The position numbers and the translations under genes are program-made. A stretch of DNA of 64,000 nucleotides from Thermoplasmata archaeon (GTDB lineage Archaea > Thermoplasmatota > Thermoplasmata > Thermoplasmatales > Thermoplasmataceae), in assembly GCA_015520045.1 (NCBI GenBank), contig WAQW01000018.1, positions 16,380 to 80,379 of the forward strand. Reading direction: 5' to 3'. The notes beneath the pieces were generated by a model. It saw nothing but the letters and a program-made list of their open reading frames with translations, ran no database searches and was not told where the DNA came from. Below are positions 35,296-44,544 of the stretch, piece by piece (position 1 is the first letter of the stretch; each line of letters opens with the position of its first letter).

Positions 35296-36591
35296 TTACA
35301 TCCTCCTCATCATTCTGTACGCCTCAAGAGCGAGACTGGTCTTATTGTGGCCAGACTCAGAAACAGATCTCAACAGAAGCTCCAGTATGTGTTTTTTCGG
35401 AAGTCCATCCTCCAGATTGAGCCTGAATAGAAAACGCTCGAGGATGTCCGGGATCGTACGATGCGCCATCGAGCTCCACGTGGAGTTTTCGATCCCCTTG
35501 AAGGTTCTGAGATCCTTCAAAACATAGGACTCTTCAAGTTTTTTCTGATAATCAGAAAGCGCTTTGGCAGTATAATTACCCTTTTCCTTCGCTTCTATGA
35601 ATGTATCAGCAGCAGCGATTCCAGAGGCAATGGCGTAATTCATACCCTGAATGACCAATCCGTTGCTAAAACTGAATCCGGCGGCGTCTCCGGCGATCAT
35701 GTAACCATCTCCATATAACTTCGGGACGGACGACAGGCCACCCTCAACCACGAGATGGGCACTGTATTCCTCCAGTCTCCCACCCTCAACCAGCCTCGCA
35801 ATGGACGGATGCTGAACAAACTCTTCCATTATATCGTAAGAGTGCATCTGCCCGTAGTTCCTAAGATGAGAAGGGGACACAACTACTCCAACTGAAAGAG
35901 TGTTTTTATTTGTGTAGAGGAAACCCCCAGCCTCAACACCATCCGGAAGATAGCCAAGTACGTACTCTCCAGCAAAACCTTCGTTTCCGGAGAGATTGAA
36001 GCGTTCGTTGATTTTATCCTCCGGAATCTTGTAAATCTGTTTGACGCCAATGGCAACATCACGGTCGCCTATGGGTTTTCTTAAACCTGAATCTATTGCA
36101 ACGCGAGGATTTGCGCCCTCAGCAAGTATCACAGTATCTGATGTTATCGTATCTCCATCTTGCTCTATTCCTATTATTTTACCATCCTTCCTTGCTACGC
36201 TGTCTACGGTCACACCTCCTATAACCATAGCACCCTCTTCTTTAGCTTTTTTCGCAAGAGCGAGATCCATCTTGACACGCAGCACAGAGTAACCGGTTCT
36301 ATTCGTAAGGAACTTCCTAGACGAAAAATCGAGCGAAATAGCTGAATCTTTAGTCAGAAATGTTGTTCCCTTCCTGGTTATCAGCCGTTCCACTGGAATG
36401 ATCTTCTCCCAATCCGGAATAATTTTACCGAGATCATTTCCCCAGAGAACACCACCCGAAACATTTTTACTTCCGGGAGGATCAGCCCGGTCCACAAGCA
36501 AAACATTAACCTTATTCTGAGCAAGCCTTATGGCAGCAGATGTCCCAGCCGGCCCGCCCCCCACTACAATGACATCGAATTCGCTCATCAT
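35296..36591 (-). CDS. fixC: FAD-dependent ETF dehydrogenase-like oxidoreductase FixC
   Basis: 431-aa ORF with N-terminal DVIVVGGGPAGTSAA Rossmann motif. First gene of fixC-fixX-etfB-etfA. Confidence 0.85.
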   Translation of the reverse strand: MMSEFDVIVVGGGPAGTSAAIRLAQNKVNVLLVDRADPPGSKNVSGGVLWGNDLGKIIPDWEKIIPVERLITRKGTTFLTKDSAISLDFSSRKFLTNRTGYSVLRVKMDLALAKKAKEEGAMVIGGVTVDSVARKDGKIIGIEQDGDTITSDTVILAEGANPRVAIDSGLRKPIGDRDVAIGVKQIYKIPEDKINERFNLSGNEGFAGEYVLGYLPDGVEAGGFLYTNKNTLSVGVVVSPSHLRNYGQMHSYDIMEEFVQHPSIARLVEGGRLEEYSAHLVVEGGLSSVPKLYGDGYMIAGDAAGFSFSNGLVIQGMNYAIASGIAAADTFIEAKEKGNYTAKALSDYQKKLEESYVLKDLRTFKGIENSTWSSMAHRTIPDILERFLFRLNLEDGLPKKHILELLLRSVSESGHNKTSLALEAYRMMRRM

Positions 36592-36681
36592 ACCGTAATT
36601 CTACCACCAATAAAACAATTATTGCTTATACCTTTGAGAGATAACATTTTGTAAGATCCTTAAATCACCAACAAGATTGGG

Positions 36682-37338
36682 TTGACTGTAAACCACACAG
36701 ATATTTACAATGTTATGTACGAGAGATACGGTGATCTTAACTGGTGGCCTGCCGACACCGCCGACGAGGTGATAATCGGAGCTATGCTGACACAAAACAC
36801 ATCATGGAAGAATGTGGAGAAATGCATGGAAAGGCTTAGATCCGAAAAACTCAACACGCTTAAGGCCATAAGCGGCGCCTCTTTGCATACAATATCTGAA
36901 AACATTAGGAGTTCCGGATTCTACAACCAGAAGGCGCAGAGGCTTAAAATGATCTCAGTTTCCATTGTCCGGGTTTACGGATCTCTGGAAAGTATGTGCA
37001 ATAAAAACTCAGAAGAGTTGGAGAAATTTCTTTTATCCCTCAGAGGTGTTGGTCCTGAGACCATGGAGTCGATAATGCTATATGCCTGTGAAAAACCCTT
37101 TTTCGTAGTGGACAAATACACAGTGAGAATACTCGGGAGGATAGGTTTCCCTGATATTGAAAGAGGAACTCTAAGATCGCTGGTAGAAGCTGAATTTCAC
37201 GGGGATCTTAAGAAACTCAAAAACTACCATGCAATGTTCGTGGAAACTGGGAAGAATTACTGTAGAAAGGTACCCGATTGTGATGGATGTCCCCTCAACA
37301 TGGTTTGCAGCTATTCAATGGAGCGGAGATTACCGTAG
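36682..37338 (+). CDS. endonuclease III-related HhH-GPD protein with an Fe-S cluster loop
   Basis: 218-aa ORF with a TTG start. WWPADTADEVIIGAMLTQNTSW, an HhH region LRGVGPETMESIML, and C-terminal CRKVPDCDGCPLNMVC (C-x6-C-x2-C-x5-C). Confidence 0.75.
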   Translation: MTVNHTDIYNVMYERYGDLNWWPADTADEVIIGAMLTQNTSWKNVEKCMERLRSEKLNTLKAISGASLHTISENIRSSGFYNQKAQRLKMISVSIVRVYGSLESMCNKNSEELEKFLLSLRGVGPETMESIMLYACEKPFFVVDKYTVRILGRIGFPDIERGTLRSLVEAEFHGDLKKLKNYHAMFVETGKNYCRKVPDCDGCPLNMVCSYSMERRLP

Positions 37339-38528
37339 CCGATAAGTCTCCATCTGTTCTTGATCCTTCTACCTATAGCTACCCTGTCTCCGAGACTCGC
37401 AGATACCGGGTATTTTAATGCAACCTGTATCTCATCGCTTCTCGCTGATGTGACTGATGCTATGGTATTGGCTGTGCCAACGGTGATCATCAGGATCTCG
37501 GCGCTTTTGATGGGGGTTACCTTCTCCTCCTCTGCAAAACCAACAACCCTCTTGAGGAGGTGAGTTTCTATTGTTGCACCGTAAACGACCGGTGGAACCT
37601 TTCCAACCTTACCTATGATCCTACCGGTCAGAGAATCATTCTTAGTGAGGAATGGATCGAGTAATGTACCAACGGCTGCGAGACCTCCCGGTCTAATCTG
37701 CTTGTATGAGTGTTTCCCTGACTTCAGAGATACAATCTCAGTAGTGAGGTTGCTCCAAACTTCACGATTACCCTGTGTCCTCAGTATACCTGGAGCTATT
37801 TCTATTTCATCACCTATAGATAGATTTCCCTTCACAAGAGAGCCACCAAGAACTCCACCCTTGAGGTTACTGATATTGGTGCCTGGCTTGTTTATATCAA
37901 AGGATCTGGCTACATACATCATCGGATCCGCTGACGGATCGAATTTGGGAGGTTTAAACCTCTCGACTATGGCCTTAAAGATAGCATCAATATTTATGTT
38001 GTGATAGGCAGAGGCAGGTATAATAGGGGCATTCTCAGCTATACTCCCACTGAGGAACTCTTTTATTTCTCTATAATTTTCTACGGCTCGTTCCTTTGTA
38101 ACCAGATCGATCTTGTTCTGCACCACAATGATGTCCTTTATGCCCATAATCTCAAGAGCCGTTAGGTGTTCCCTTGTTTGCGGTTGAGGGCATTTTTCAT
38201 TTGCCGCTATGACGAGCATAGCACTGTTCATAATAGACGAACCTGCTAGCATTGTTGCCATGAGTGTCTCATGACCGGGTGCATCAACAAAGGAAACTGT
38301 TAGAATCTCCTCACAGTTATCCCCTGGTTTGCGCGTGAAGCGTGAATTGCCATTTTCCTCGCATTTAAATATGGGTGTATCTGCATACCCCAATTTTATA
38401 GATATGCCTCTCTTAATCTCCTCAGAATGTATATCAGTCTTTGTTCCAGTAAGGGCCCATGTCAGAGTACTCTTCCCATGATCAACGTGCCCCACCATAC
38501 CAATATTTATTATCGGCTGGGATGTCAT
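37311..38528 (-). CDS. eif2g: translation initiation factor aIF-2 gamma subunit
   Basis: 405-aa ORF, NIGMVGHVDHGKSTL, DAPGHE, NKID, and a zinc-knuckle-like insert. Confidence 0.92.
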   Translation of the reverse strand: MTSQPIINIGMVGHVDHGKSTLTWALTGTKTDIHSEEIKRGISIKLGYADTPIFKCEENGNSRFTRKPGDNCEEILTVSFVDAPGHETLMATMLAGSSIMNSAMLVIAANEKCPQPQTREHLTALEIMGIKDIIVVQNKIDLVTKERAVENYREIKEFLSGSIAENAPIIPASAYHNINIDAIFKAIVERFKPPKFDPSADPMMYVARSFDINKPGTNISNLKGGVLGGSLVKGNLSIGDEIEIAPGILRTQGNREVWSNLTTEIVSLKSGKHSYKQIRPGGLAAVGTLLDPFLTKNDSLTGRIIGKVGKVPPVVYGATIETHLLKRVVGFAEEEKVTPIKSAEILMITVGTANTIASVTSARSDEIQVALKYPVSASLGDRVAIGRRIKNRWRLIGYGNLRSIE

Positions 38529-38530
38529 TG

Positions 38531-38920
38531 CTAGTTTTCCTTCTCTTCTGCGGTATTTTCATCAATAGGATTAGGGCCATACTGAATTATCATAAGATTT
38601 AGCTGGGAAATATCGGAACCAACAATGGCTCCCCTAAACGTTATTCTTTTTCTGATCCCTTTCTTTCCTCGGCTACCGCGTTTGTATGTTACCAGGATCT
38701 TTTTCTTGCCCATCAAACCGAGATCCCTTCTCATGGGGAAACCGTCAATGGATGTCCCACCAGTAATCTTCAATTTGTAACCCGGGAGATTGAAGAATAT
38801 CCCATCAACTTCATCTCCTATTTTTCGCCCGGATAACAGAGCCAGATTTTCCTCTGCTATCTCGCGTTTGTACGTTTTTCCATCCTTTGGATCTGCTATT
38901 ATTGCAACAGAGTCAGACAT
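38531..38920 (-). CDS. rps6e: 30S ribosomal protein S6e
   Basis: Track ORF 38531..39088 trimmed to the ATG at 38920 (MSDSVAIIADPKDGKTYKREI...). GGAGGT lies 5 nt upstream. Conserved S6e-aIF2gamma pair. Confidence 0.88.
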   Translation of the reverse strand: MSDSVAIIADPKDGKTYKREIAEENLALLSGRKIGDEVDGIFFNLPGYKLKITGGTSIDGFPMRRDLGLMGKKKILVTYKRGSRGKKGIRKRITFRGAIVGSDISQLNLMIIQYGPNPIDENTAEEKEN

Positions 38921-39199
38921 TTTAACCTCCTGCGTCCCATTTATTTTTATCTTAAGGAATCGGGTATTTTGATGAGGTTTATAAATAATTCCTAGGCCAG
39001 TTTTCCAACGCCGCTCATCCTCCAGAGATAATTCTATCTCAAAAAATGTGAATGGGTTTTCACATTTCTGCTTTTTCCCATCAGTCACAATTGTATATGT
39101 TATATGATTTTATCATTCACGAACCCATAAAAATCAGTTCCTCAATTGATCTCTCATGCGAATATCTTCGCACTTTAGCAAGTAAACAAATACAAAGCA

Positions 39200-39251
39200 G
39201 CGTAGGTCTAAATCACAGTCAGATGATTCAGGGTATATCATCACCCTACGC
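39200..39251. other. nested inverted repeat (7-bp outer stem, 6-bp inner stem)
   Basis: GCGTAGG 39200-06 pairs with CCTACGC 39245-51. Inner GATGAT/ATCATC stem. On the minus strand the element contains GUGAUGA and two CUGA motifs. Confidence 0.4.
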
Positions 39252-39600
39252 AACTTGAAGAAAGATTAATTTTGAACAGCTGAAATGAAGCAACCCAAGG
39301 TACGGAAAGATAAAAATATGCAATGAAGGCCTAAATCATCTCACAACGGAAAGCATGTCTTGTTTCTGATTCCCTTGATCCCCTCACATTGCTCCATATC
39401 TCTCTGCTGGATTGAGCAATGAACCAATATCGGAAGATAGGAAAGAATGACTTGAAACGTTTAGATCTCACGTAGCCTAGCGAAGCACCCAGAGAATTAG
39501 GATGTTGAGATCGACATGAATACCGCCCACTTTTCTGGATGATTACTCCATCCAGATACTGTAGGTACCAGAAAAAACCACTTCATACGACAGCCAGTCA

Positions 39601-39644
39601 AAATTTAAATAGTAAGATTTACATCACTTATCAAATTTTGGAGG
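39601..39644 (+). promoter_or_regulatory. TATA-like AAATTTAAATA (39601-11) plus Shine-Dalgarno GGAGG (39640-44) for the surface-protein gene
   Basis: The TATA element is about 45 nt and the GGAGG 9 nt upstream of the ATG at 39654. This is a leadered mRNA, unlike most genes here. Confidence 0.5.
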
Positions 39645-39653
39645 AATAAACAA

Positions 39654-42509
39654 ATGGTAGAAGACACTAACAAAGGAGAAGAACCGGTTGGTGGACCAGA
39701 GGGCGAGCCATTTACCCCGCCAAAAAAGGTTGGCGGAAACGGTAAGTGGTTTGCAATCATAGGTGTGCTGATCGTTATAATAGCAGCGCTTGCAGTTATA
39801 GACGCAACGCACCCACCAGCAAAAACCAAGACAGTCACCGTTCCCTTCGTACCTACACCGAGTTCATTAACTGGACCATCCAACATATTTGCAGGAAATT
39901 ACTATTCGTTCAACTTAACAGCAAACGGACAGTTTAACAATGCAACAGTATACTGGGGAGATGGGACCAGTACAGTGTATTCTTATTCAACAGTGGGGAA
40001 CACGATATTCACTGCTAAGCACTTTTATGCAACCCCTGGAGCTGATGTAATTTGGTACAAGGTTAACTACTCGACCGGAAACGGCTATGGCAACGCCACA
40101 ATGGTTCCCGTGACGGTTGGTTTCCCTGTTTCATCGAGCTCCAACACAGTATTTGGATACATAGCAGTTACGAACTCCTCAGCTAAGGCACAGGTAGCTG
40201 GCTCTAACCTCTTCGCACCTGGAACTACTCTCCACATGATGGTATCTGCCTTGGGCGAGCCAAGTAACCAGTCAAATCAGGTTATTCAGCAAGTGGTAAC
40301 TCTTTATAACAACGGAAAGGCCGTTAAGACTGTATACTATAACTATACTTGGTTCCCGAACGCTGCGAAATTTTACTATAAGTCACCCAGCTCTAAGGAA
40401 TACTTCAACGTGACCAATCTCCCAGCTGGATACAACGTGGTCAATGTAACAACAGTCATAGGTCAGAATTTGAACAAAGCCACTGGAAAAACAACAGGTA
40501 CTTTGGAAACCTATTACACCATGACCGTTCCGTCATTCAAGAACGGTAACCTGATAACCTCAAAGAAGGTCACGTCAAAGACAACCTTCACCAATGCCGA
40601 GATCGCTCCTGGAGGATATTCTAGACTTGATCCCCAGATAGCATATGATACCGTTTCCAACGAAATACTGATGAACACGCTTCAGTTCCTGATCCAGTAT
40701 AAGGGAAACAGCACAACCCAATTCTTCCCTGAGCTCGCTGCGTACCTTCCAAGCCCCGGCCATGGAATAAACACCAATTACAAGAACTACACAGAAACCT
40801 ACGTGAACAACAATGGAACAACTGTAAGTTACACGGTTCACCTGAAGCCATATGAGAATTACACATTCCAGATAAGGGCTAATGCAAGCTGGCAGGATGG
40901 TACTCCTGTTACCGCCTATGACGTTTACGTGGCATTCGTAAGAGATCTTCTGTTTGTTGCTGGTCCAACGGGAACACCTGGATGGATTCAGGCTCAGTAT
41001 CTGCTTCCCGGTAACTACTATGCAACGAACACATATTACAACATAACGAACAACATCACATACAGCAACGCCACAAACACGATTACCTTCCACTTCCAGC
41101 TGCCGATGAACCCAACGCTGGTCTGGCAGATATTTGCTGCTTCCGGTGCGTACATCGGTCAAGCTAAGTATTATGTGAAACAGGGCGAACATCTGATCTT
41201 CAACAGTGCCGGATTCAAGAACTATGAGAAGTATGCAGACCCAGCTAACATCCCATCCACCATCGTGAATGGACTCGTTGCTGATGGTCCGTATATGATC
41301 AACTACGTGATTCCGGGAGAGGAGGTTGTCCTGAAAGCAAACCCGTACTTCAAACCTGTTAAGTACTATCCCGCACCTTCAATCCCGAACGTTGTGATTA
41401 AGTACGTTAGTTCGTACTCACAGAGCTATCTGCTTCTTAAGTCCGGCCAGGCACAGAGTGGTGGAATACCCAGCTCTGACTGGAGTCTGGCTCTTCACCT
41501 TGAAAAGCTCGGCTTGATAACAACGCTTACATTCCCAACTCTCTCGGTGTTCTGGTACAACTTCAACTTCAACATAAATACATCTGCAACATCATCCATA
41601 GATCCAAGCGCAAATCTGCCCAGTGCCCTGTTTGACAGCTGGCATGCTAGGGCTGCTTTTGCCTATGCCTACAACTACAAGTATTACATCGACTACCAGA
41701 TCGGAAATGCTCTGTATGGTGTCAACTTCGGAACCCTTTACGCTGGAATGATTCCGGCAGGTATGGCATTCTATCAGAACATGTCAGTTTTGAACCAGAC
41801 CACAATAGGAGTCCCATACTACAACATGAACGCAGCCAAACACTTCTGGGAAGTGTTTATGAATAAGGATGGTGCAAAACTTGGACTGTCCTGGGCGAAC
41901 ACAACAGCTGGACCACAGGTTAACTACAACGGAAAGCAACTCACTGTTCCGATAGCAATATACGCTGGAGATCCTGTTGATCTCGATGGTGCTACCACAT
42001 GGGCATCCAGCCTTGCTAAGCTGGGAATAAAGGCAGATGTGATTCCAATTAACTTCAACATACTGCTTACGTTCTTTGTACCGCCCAATCCAGCACCGAT
42101 ATGGATACTTGGATGGGCACCTGACTACCCATACCCATCTGACTATCTGCAGCCTATGGCTCTGCCAACAGATGGACTTTACCCTGCAGCGAACTACTTT
42201 GACACACTCTGGATGAACAATACTACCAGCAATCCGCTGGCAAACCAGTCTGCTGCGAATGCACTTCAGAACATGACGAACTACTACAACACAGCATTCA
42301 GTGCGACAAACGTTGCAACGGCATCTCAGTACTACCAGATGATGAACCATGAACTCATCAACATGACAGCATACGTGTATCTGTTCCAGTCTAATGCCAT
42401 AGAGATATTCAGCACACAGCTCAATCCAACACCAAACCCAATATGGCAGACCAACGTCATGTTCGGTGGTGGAGGAGACTTCTTCTACAACTACTTCCAG
42501 TACAAGTAA
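39654..42509 (+). CDS. membrane-anchored, sequon-rich surface protein: N-terminal TM anchor, PKD-like domain, family-5 (peptide/oligosaccharide-type) solute-binding domain
   Basis: 951-aa ORF. TM segment WFAIIGVLIVIIAALAVI, PKD-like WGDGTSTVYSY...AKHFYATPGADVIWYKV, and an SBP_5-like C-terminal two thirds. I count about 26 N-x-S/T sequons by eye. Confidence 0.75.
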   Translation: MVEDTNKGEEPVGGPEGEPFTPPKKVGGNGKWFAIIGVLIVIIAALAVIDATHPPAKTKTVTVPFVPTPSSLTGPSNIFAGNYYSFNLTANGQFNNATVYWGDGTSTVYSYSTVGNTIFTAKHFYATPGADVIWYKVNYSTGNGYGNATMVPVTVGFPVSSSSNTVFGYIAVTNSSAKAQVAGSNLFAPGTTLHMMVSALGEPSNQSNQVIQQVVTLYNNGKAVKTVYYNYTWFPNAAKFYYKSPSSKEYFNVTNLPAGYNVVNVTTVIGQNLNKATGKTTGTLETYYTMTVPSFKNGNLITSKKVTSKTTFTNAEIAPGGYSRLDPQIAYDTVSNEILMNTLQFLIQYKGNSTTQFFPELAAYLPSPGHGINTNYKNYTETYVNNNGTTVSYTVHLKPYENYTFQIRANASWQDGTPVTAYDVYVAFVRDLLFVAGPTGTPGWIQAQYLLPGNYYATNTYYNITNNITYSNATNTITFHFQLPMNPTLVWQIFAASGAYIGQAKYYVKQGEHLIFNSAGFKNYEKYADPANIPSTIVNGLVADGPYMINYVIPGEEVVLKANPYFKPVKYYPAPSIPNVVIKYVSSYSQSYLLLKSGQAQSGGIPSSDWSLALHLEKLGLITTLTFPTLSVFWYNFNFNINTSATSSIDPSANLPSALFDSWHARAAFAYAYNYKYYIDYQIGNALYGVNFGTLYAGMIPAGMAFYQNMSVLNQTTIGVPYYNMNAAKHFWEVFMNKDGAKLGLSWANTTAGPQVNYNGKQLTVPIAIYAGDPVDLDGATTWASSLAKLGIKADVIPINFNILLTFFVPPNPAPIWILGWAPDYPYPSDYLQPMALPTDGLYPAANYFDTLWMNNTTSNPLANQSAANALQNMTNYYNTAFSATNVATASQYYQMMNHELINMTAYVYLFQSNAIEIFSTQLNPTPNPIWQTNVMFGGGGDFFYNYFQYK

Positions 42510-42528
42510 CTGCAGAAAAACTAAATAA

Positions 42529-42553
42529 TTTTTTATTTTTAATTTAATTTTTT
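42529..42553 (+). terminator. oligo-T terminator cluster (T6, T5, T6)
   Basis: Three T-tracts within 25 nt, starting 20 nt after the stop at 42509. This is the typical archaeal intrinsic termination signal. Confidence 0.6.
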
Positions 42554-42689
42554 AATCTGTTCATATTTAATTTGTATTATCATGTTTTTCAAATAGGATG
42601 TGCATTTTTATCGCTTGTGCTATGCAATTAATTTATACCTCCTTCATATAAGCCACACATCAAGAGATCGATCATATGGGTGTTTTCTG

Positions 42690-44543
42690 ATGGTGTATTC
42701 ACAGCCAGTGCGCATTGACAGAGTTGAGGTGGATGGTTACCCGCTCATAAAATATCACGGTTTTATAGCCAGTAATAGAACTGGCGGCCTGGTGGCAGCC
42801 AACGGAAAGATAGACTGGATGTGCATGCCAAATTTCGATTCAGCTCCTATTCTGGCATCGATCCTCGACCGAAAAAGAGGAGGATATTTTTCAATCCGAC
42901 CGCGAATAACAGATGAAGTTTACGTTCAGCAGTATTATAAAGGTCTCACAAACATTCTGACCACCGAGTTCGTGAAAGAGGGCAGAACCATATTGAGGGT
43001 TACTGATTTTATTCCCACCTCAGAGTATTCCACAGTTAATTTCCCCGAGGTGCATAGATTTGCTGAGGCAGGGAAATCCGATGTTGATGTTGTTGTGGAG
43101 TTCTATCCCATTATGAATTATGGGAGAGATGAAATTCGCATCAGAAAAGAGGGAGACGGTTACCTCTTTGTTTCTCAGAAAAAATCTATCGGTCTCGTAG
43201 GTAATGTTCCGTTCAAGAAGAAGGATGGTGGTGTCTATTCTATTTTCAACCTCCCATCAAGAAGTTCTCAATGGTTCATCATGCTCTACAACGTTCGCCA
43301 TTTGGACCGTATAACAGACTATAAATCCTACGAAAGGATGGAAGAAACATCCGCATTCTGGAAAAACTGGGTTTCACAGGGAAATTACTCTGGCATCTAT
43401 GGTGAGACCGTGATAAGGTCTGCTCTCACCCTTAAAGGGCTTTTTTATGAACCAACAGGATTGATGGCAGCTGCACCCACTGCCAGTTTGCCTGAAAGCA
43501 TAGGCGGAGACAGGAACTGGGATTATCGTTTTGCATGGATAAGGGACACAGCGTATGTTGTTGAAGCCCTCTCTATGATTGGTTACAAAAGGGAAGCAAC
43601 AAAATTCCTTTACGATCTGATGGAGAGAATTCAGGGGGATGGAGATATAAAAACCATTTACACGATCTCCGGAGATGGTGAGACCGAGGAAACGACGCTG
43701 GATTGGGAAGGATACAGAAACTCCAGACCTGTCAGGATAGGTAACAAAGCCTCAGATCAGCTGCAGATAGATGAATACGGTTCCATCGTTAATGCCATAT
43801 ATTACTTCAGCAGAATAGGTGGTCTGATAAACTCTTATCTCTGGGATTTTGTTGTTTCACTGCTCAATAAACTCAAAACTCTGTGGAAGGAGAAAGATTC
43901 CAGCTTGTGGGAATTCAGGGGTCCACCACAGCATTATGTCTACTCCAAATTGATGTGCTGGACCGCTTTCTCCAGGGCAATTGAGATCGCAAATGATCTG
44001 CATTTTTCTGCCCCTATTGATCAGTGGAAAAAAACCGCTGATGAGATTAAAAGATCCATTCTGATGAATGGTTATGACCGTGAAACAAATTCATTTACCC
44101 AGTACTACGGATCGAAATACGTGGACGCCTCTCTCTTGCGGTTACCACAACTTGGTTTTCTTTCCCTTTCTGACCGCCGACTGCGTGGAACGATAAAAAG
44201 GATAGAGGACGAACTGATGGTTGATGGATATCTCTTCAGGAGATATTTGAATGATGATGGTTTGAAAAGCAGGGATAACTCATTCCTTCTTCTTTCGTTC
44301 TGGTACGTAGAAGATCAGATACTCTTCAACAATCTGCAAAAAGCAAGAGAGATATTCGAAAATCTTATGGAAAAGAGCAATGATCTCGGTCTCTTTTCTG
44401 AAGAAGTGGATTATGAAACAGGAGAAATGGTGGGAAACTTTCCTCAGGCAATAACCCATCTCGGAGTCATAAGATCGGCAATAAAGCTCAGTGTGGAGTA
44501 CAAAAAGAATTCTAGAAGAGTAAGACCAGGAGATATCTTATAG
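42690..44543 (+). CDS. glycoside hydrolase family 15 (glucoamylase/trehalase-like)
   Basis: Track ORF 42600..44543 trimmed to the ATG at 42690. GFIASNRTGGLVAANGKIDWMCMPNFDSAP, NWDYRFAWIRDTA, DEYG, and LWEFRG are GH15 hallmarks. Confidence 0.85.
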   Translation: MVYSQPVRIDRVEVDGYPLIKYHGFIASNRTGGLVAANGKIDWMCMPNFDSAPILASILDRKRGGYFSIRPRITDEVYVQQYYKGLTNILTTEFVKEGRTILRVTDFIPTSEYSTVNFPEVHRFAEAGKSDVDVVVEFYPIMNYGRDEIRIRKEGDGYLFVSQKKSIGLVGNVPFKKKDGGVYSIFNLPSRSSQWFIMLYNVRHLDRITDYKSYERMEETSAFWKNWVSQGNYSGIYGETVIRSALTLKGLFYEPTGLMAAAPTASLPESIGGDRNWDYRFAWIRDTAYVVEALSMIGYKREATKFLYDLMERIQGDGDIKTIYTISGDGETEETTLDWEGYRNSRPVRIGNKASDQLQIDEYGSIVNAIYYFSRIGGLINSYLWDFVVSLLNKLKTLWKEKDSSLWEFRGPPQHYVYSKLMCWTAFSRAIEIANDLHFSAPIDQWKKTADEIKRSILMNGYDRETNSFTQYYGSKYVDASLLRLPQLGFLSLSDRRLRGTIKRIEDELMVDGYLFRRYLNDDGLKSRDNSFLLLSFWYVEDQILFNNLQKAREIFENLMEKSNDLGLFSEEVDYETGEMVGNFPQAITHLGVIRSAIKLSVEYKKNSRRVRPGDIL

Positions 44544-44544
44544 G

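Noticed and set aside
37311-37338. 28-nt convergent overlap of the 3-prime ends of the EndoIII-like gene and eif2g, and a similar 7-nt overlap of purF and nop5 (5406..5412).
   Set aside because: Short convergent 3-prime overlaps are common in compact archaeal genomes. Both partners have intact, family-typical C-termini.
38921-39088. N-terminal extensions of track ORFs: rps6e (38921..39088), rpl3 (22501..22551), GH15 (42600..42689), LSm (3553..3606), Memo (27013..27087), the Zn-ribbon ORF (57188..57232) and pyrG (51128..51148).
   Set aside because: In each case the conserved protein begins at an internal ATG. The extension has atypical composition and overlaps the A/T-rich promoter or an SD (GGAGGT before the rps6e ATG at 38920). 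The shorter models were used.
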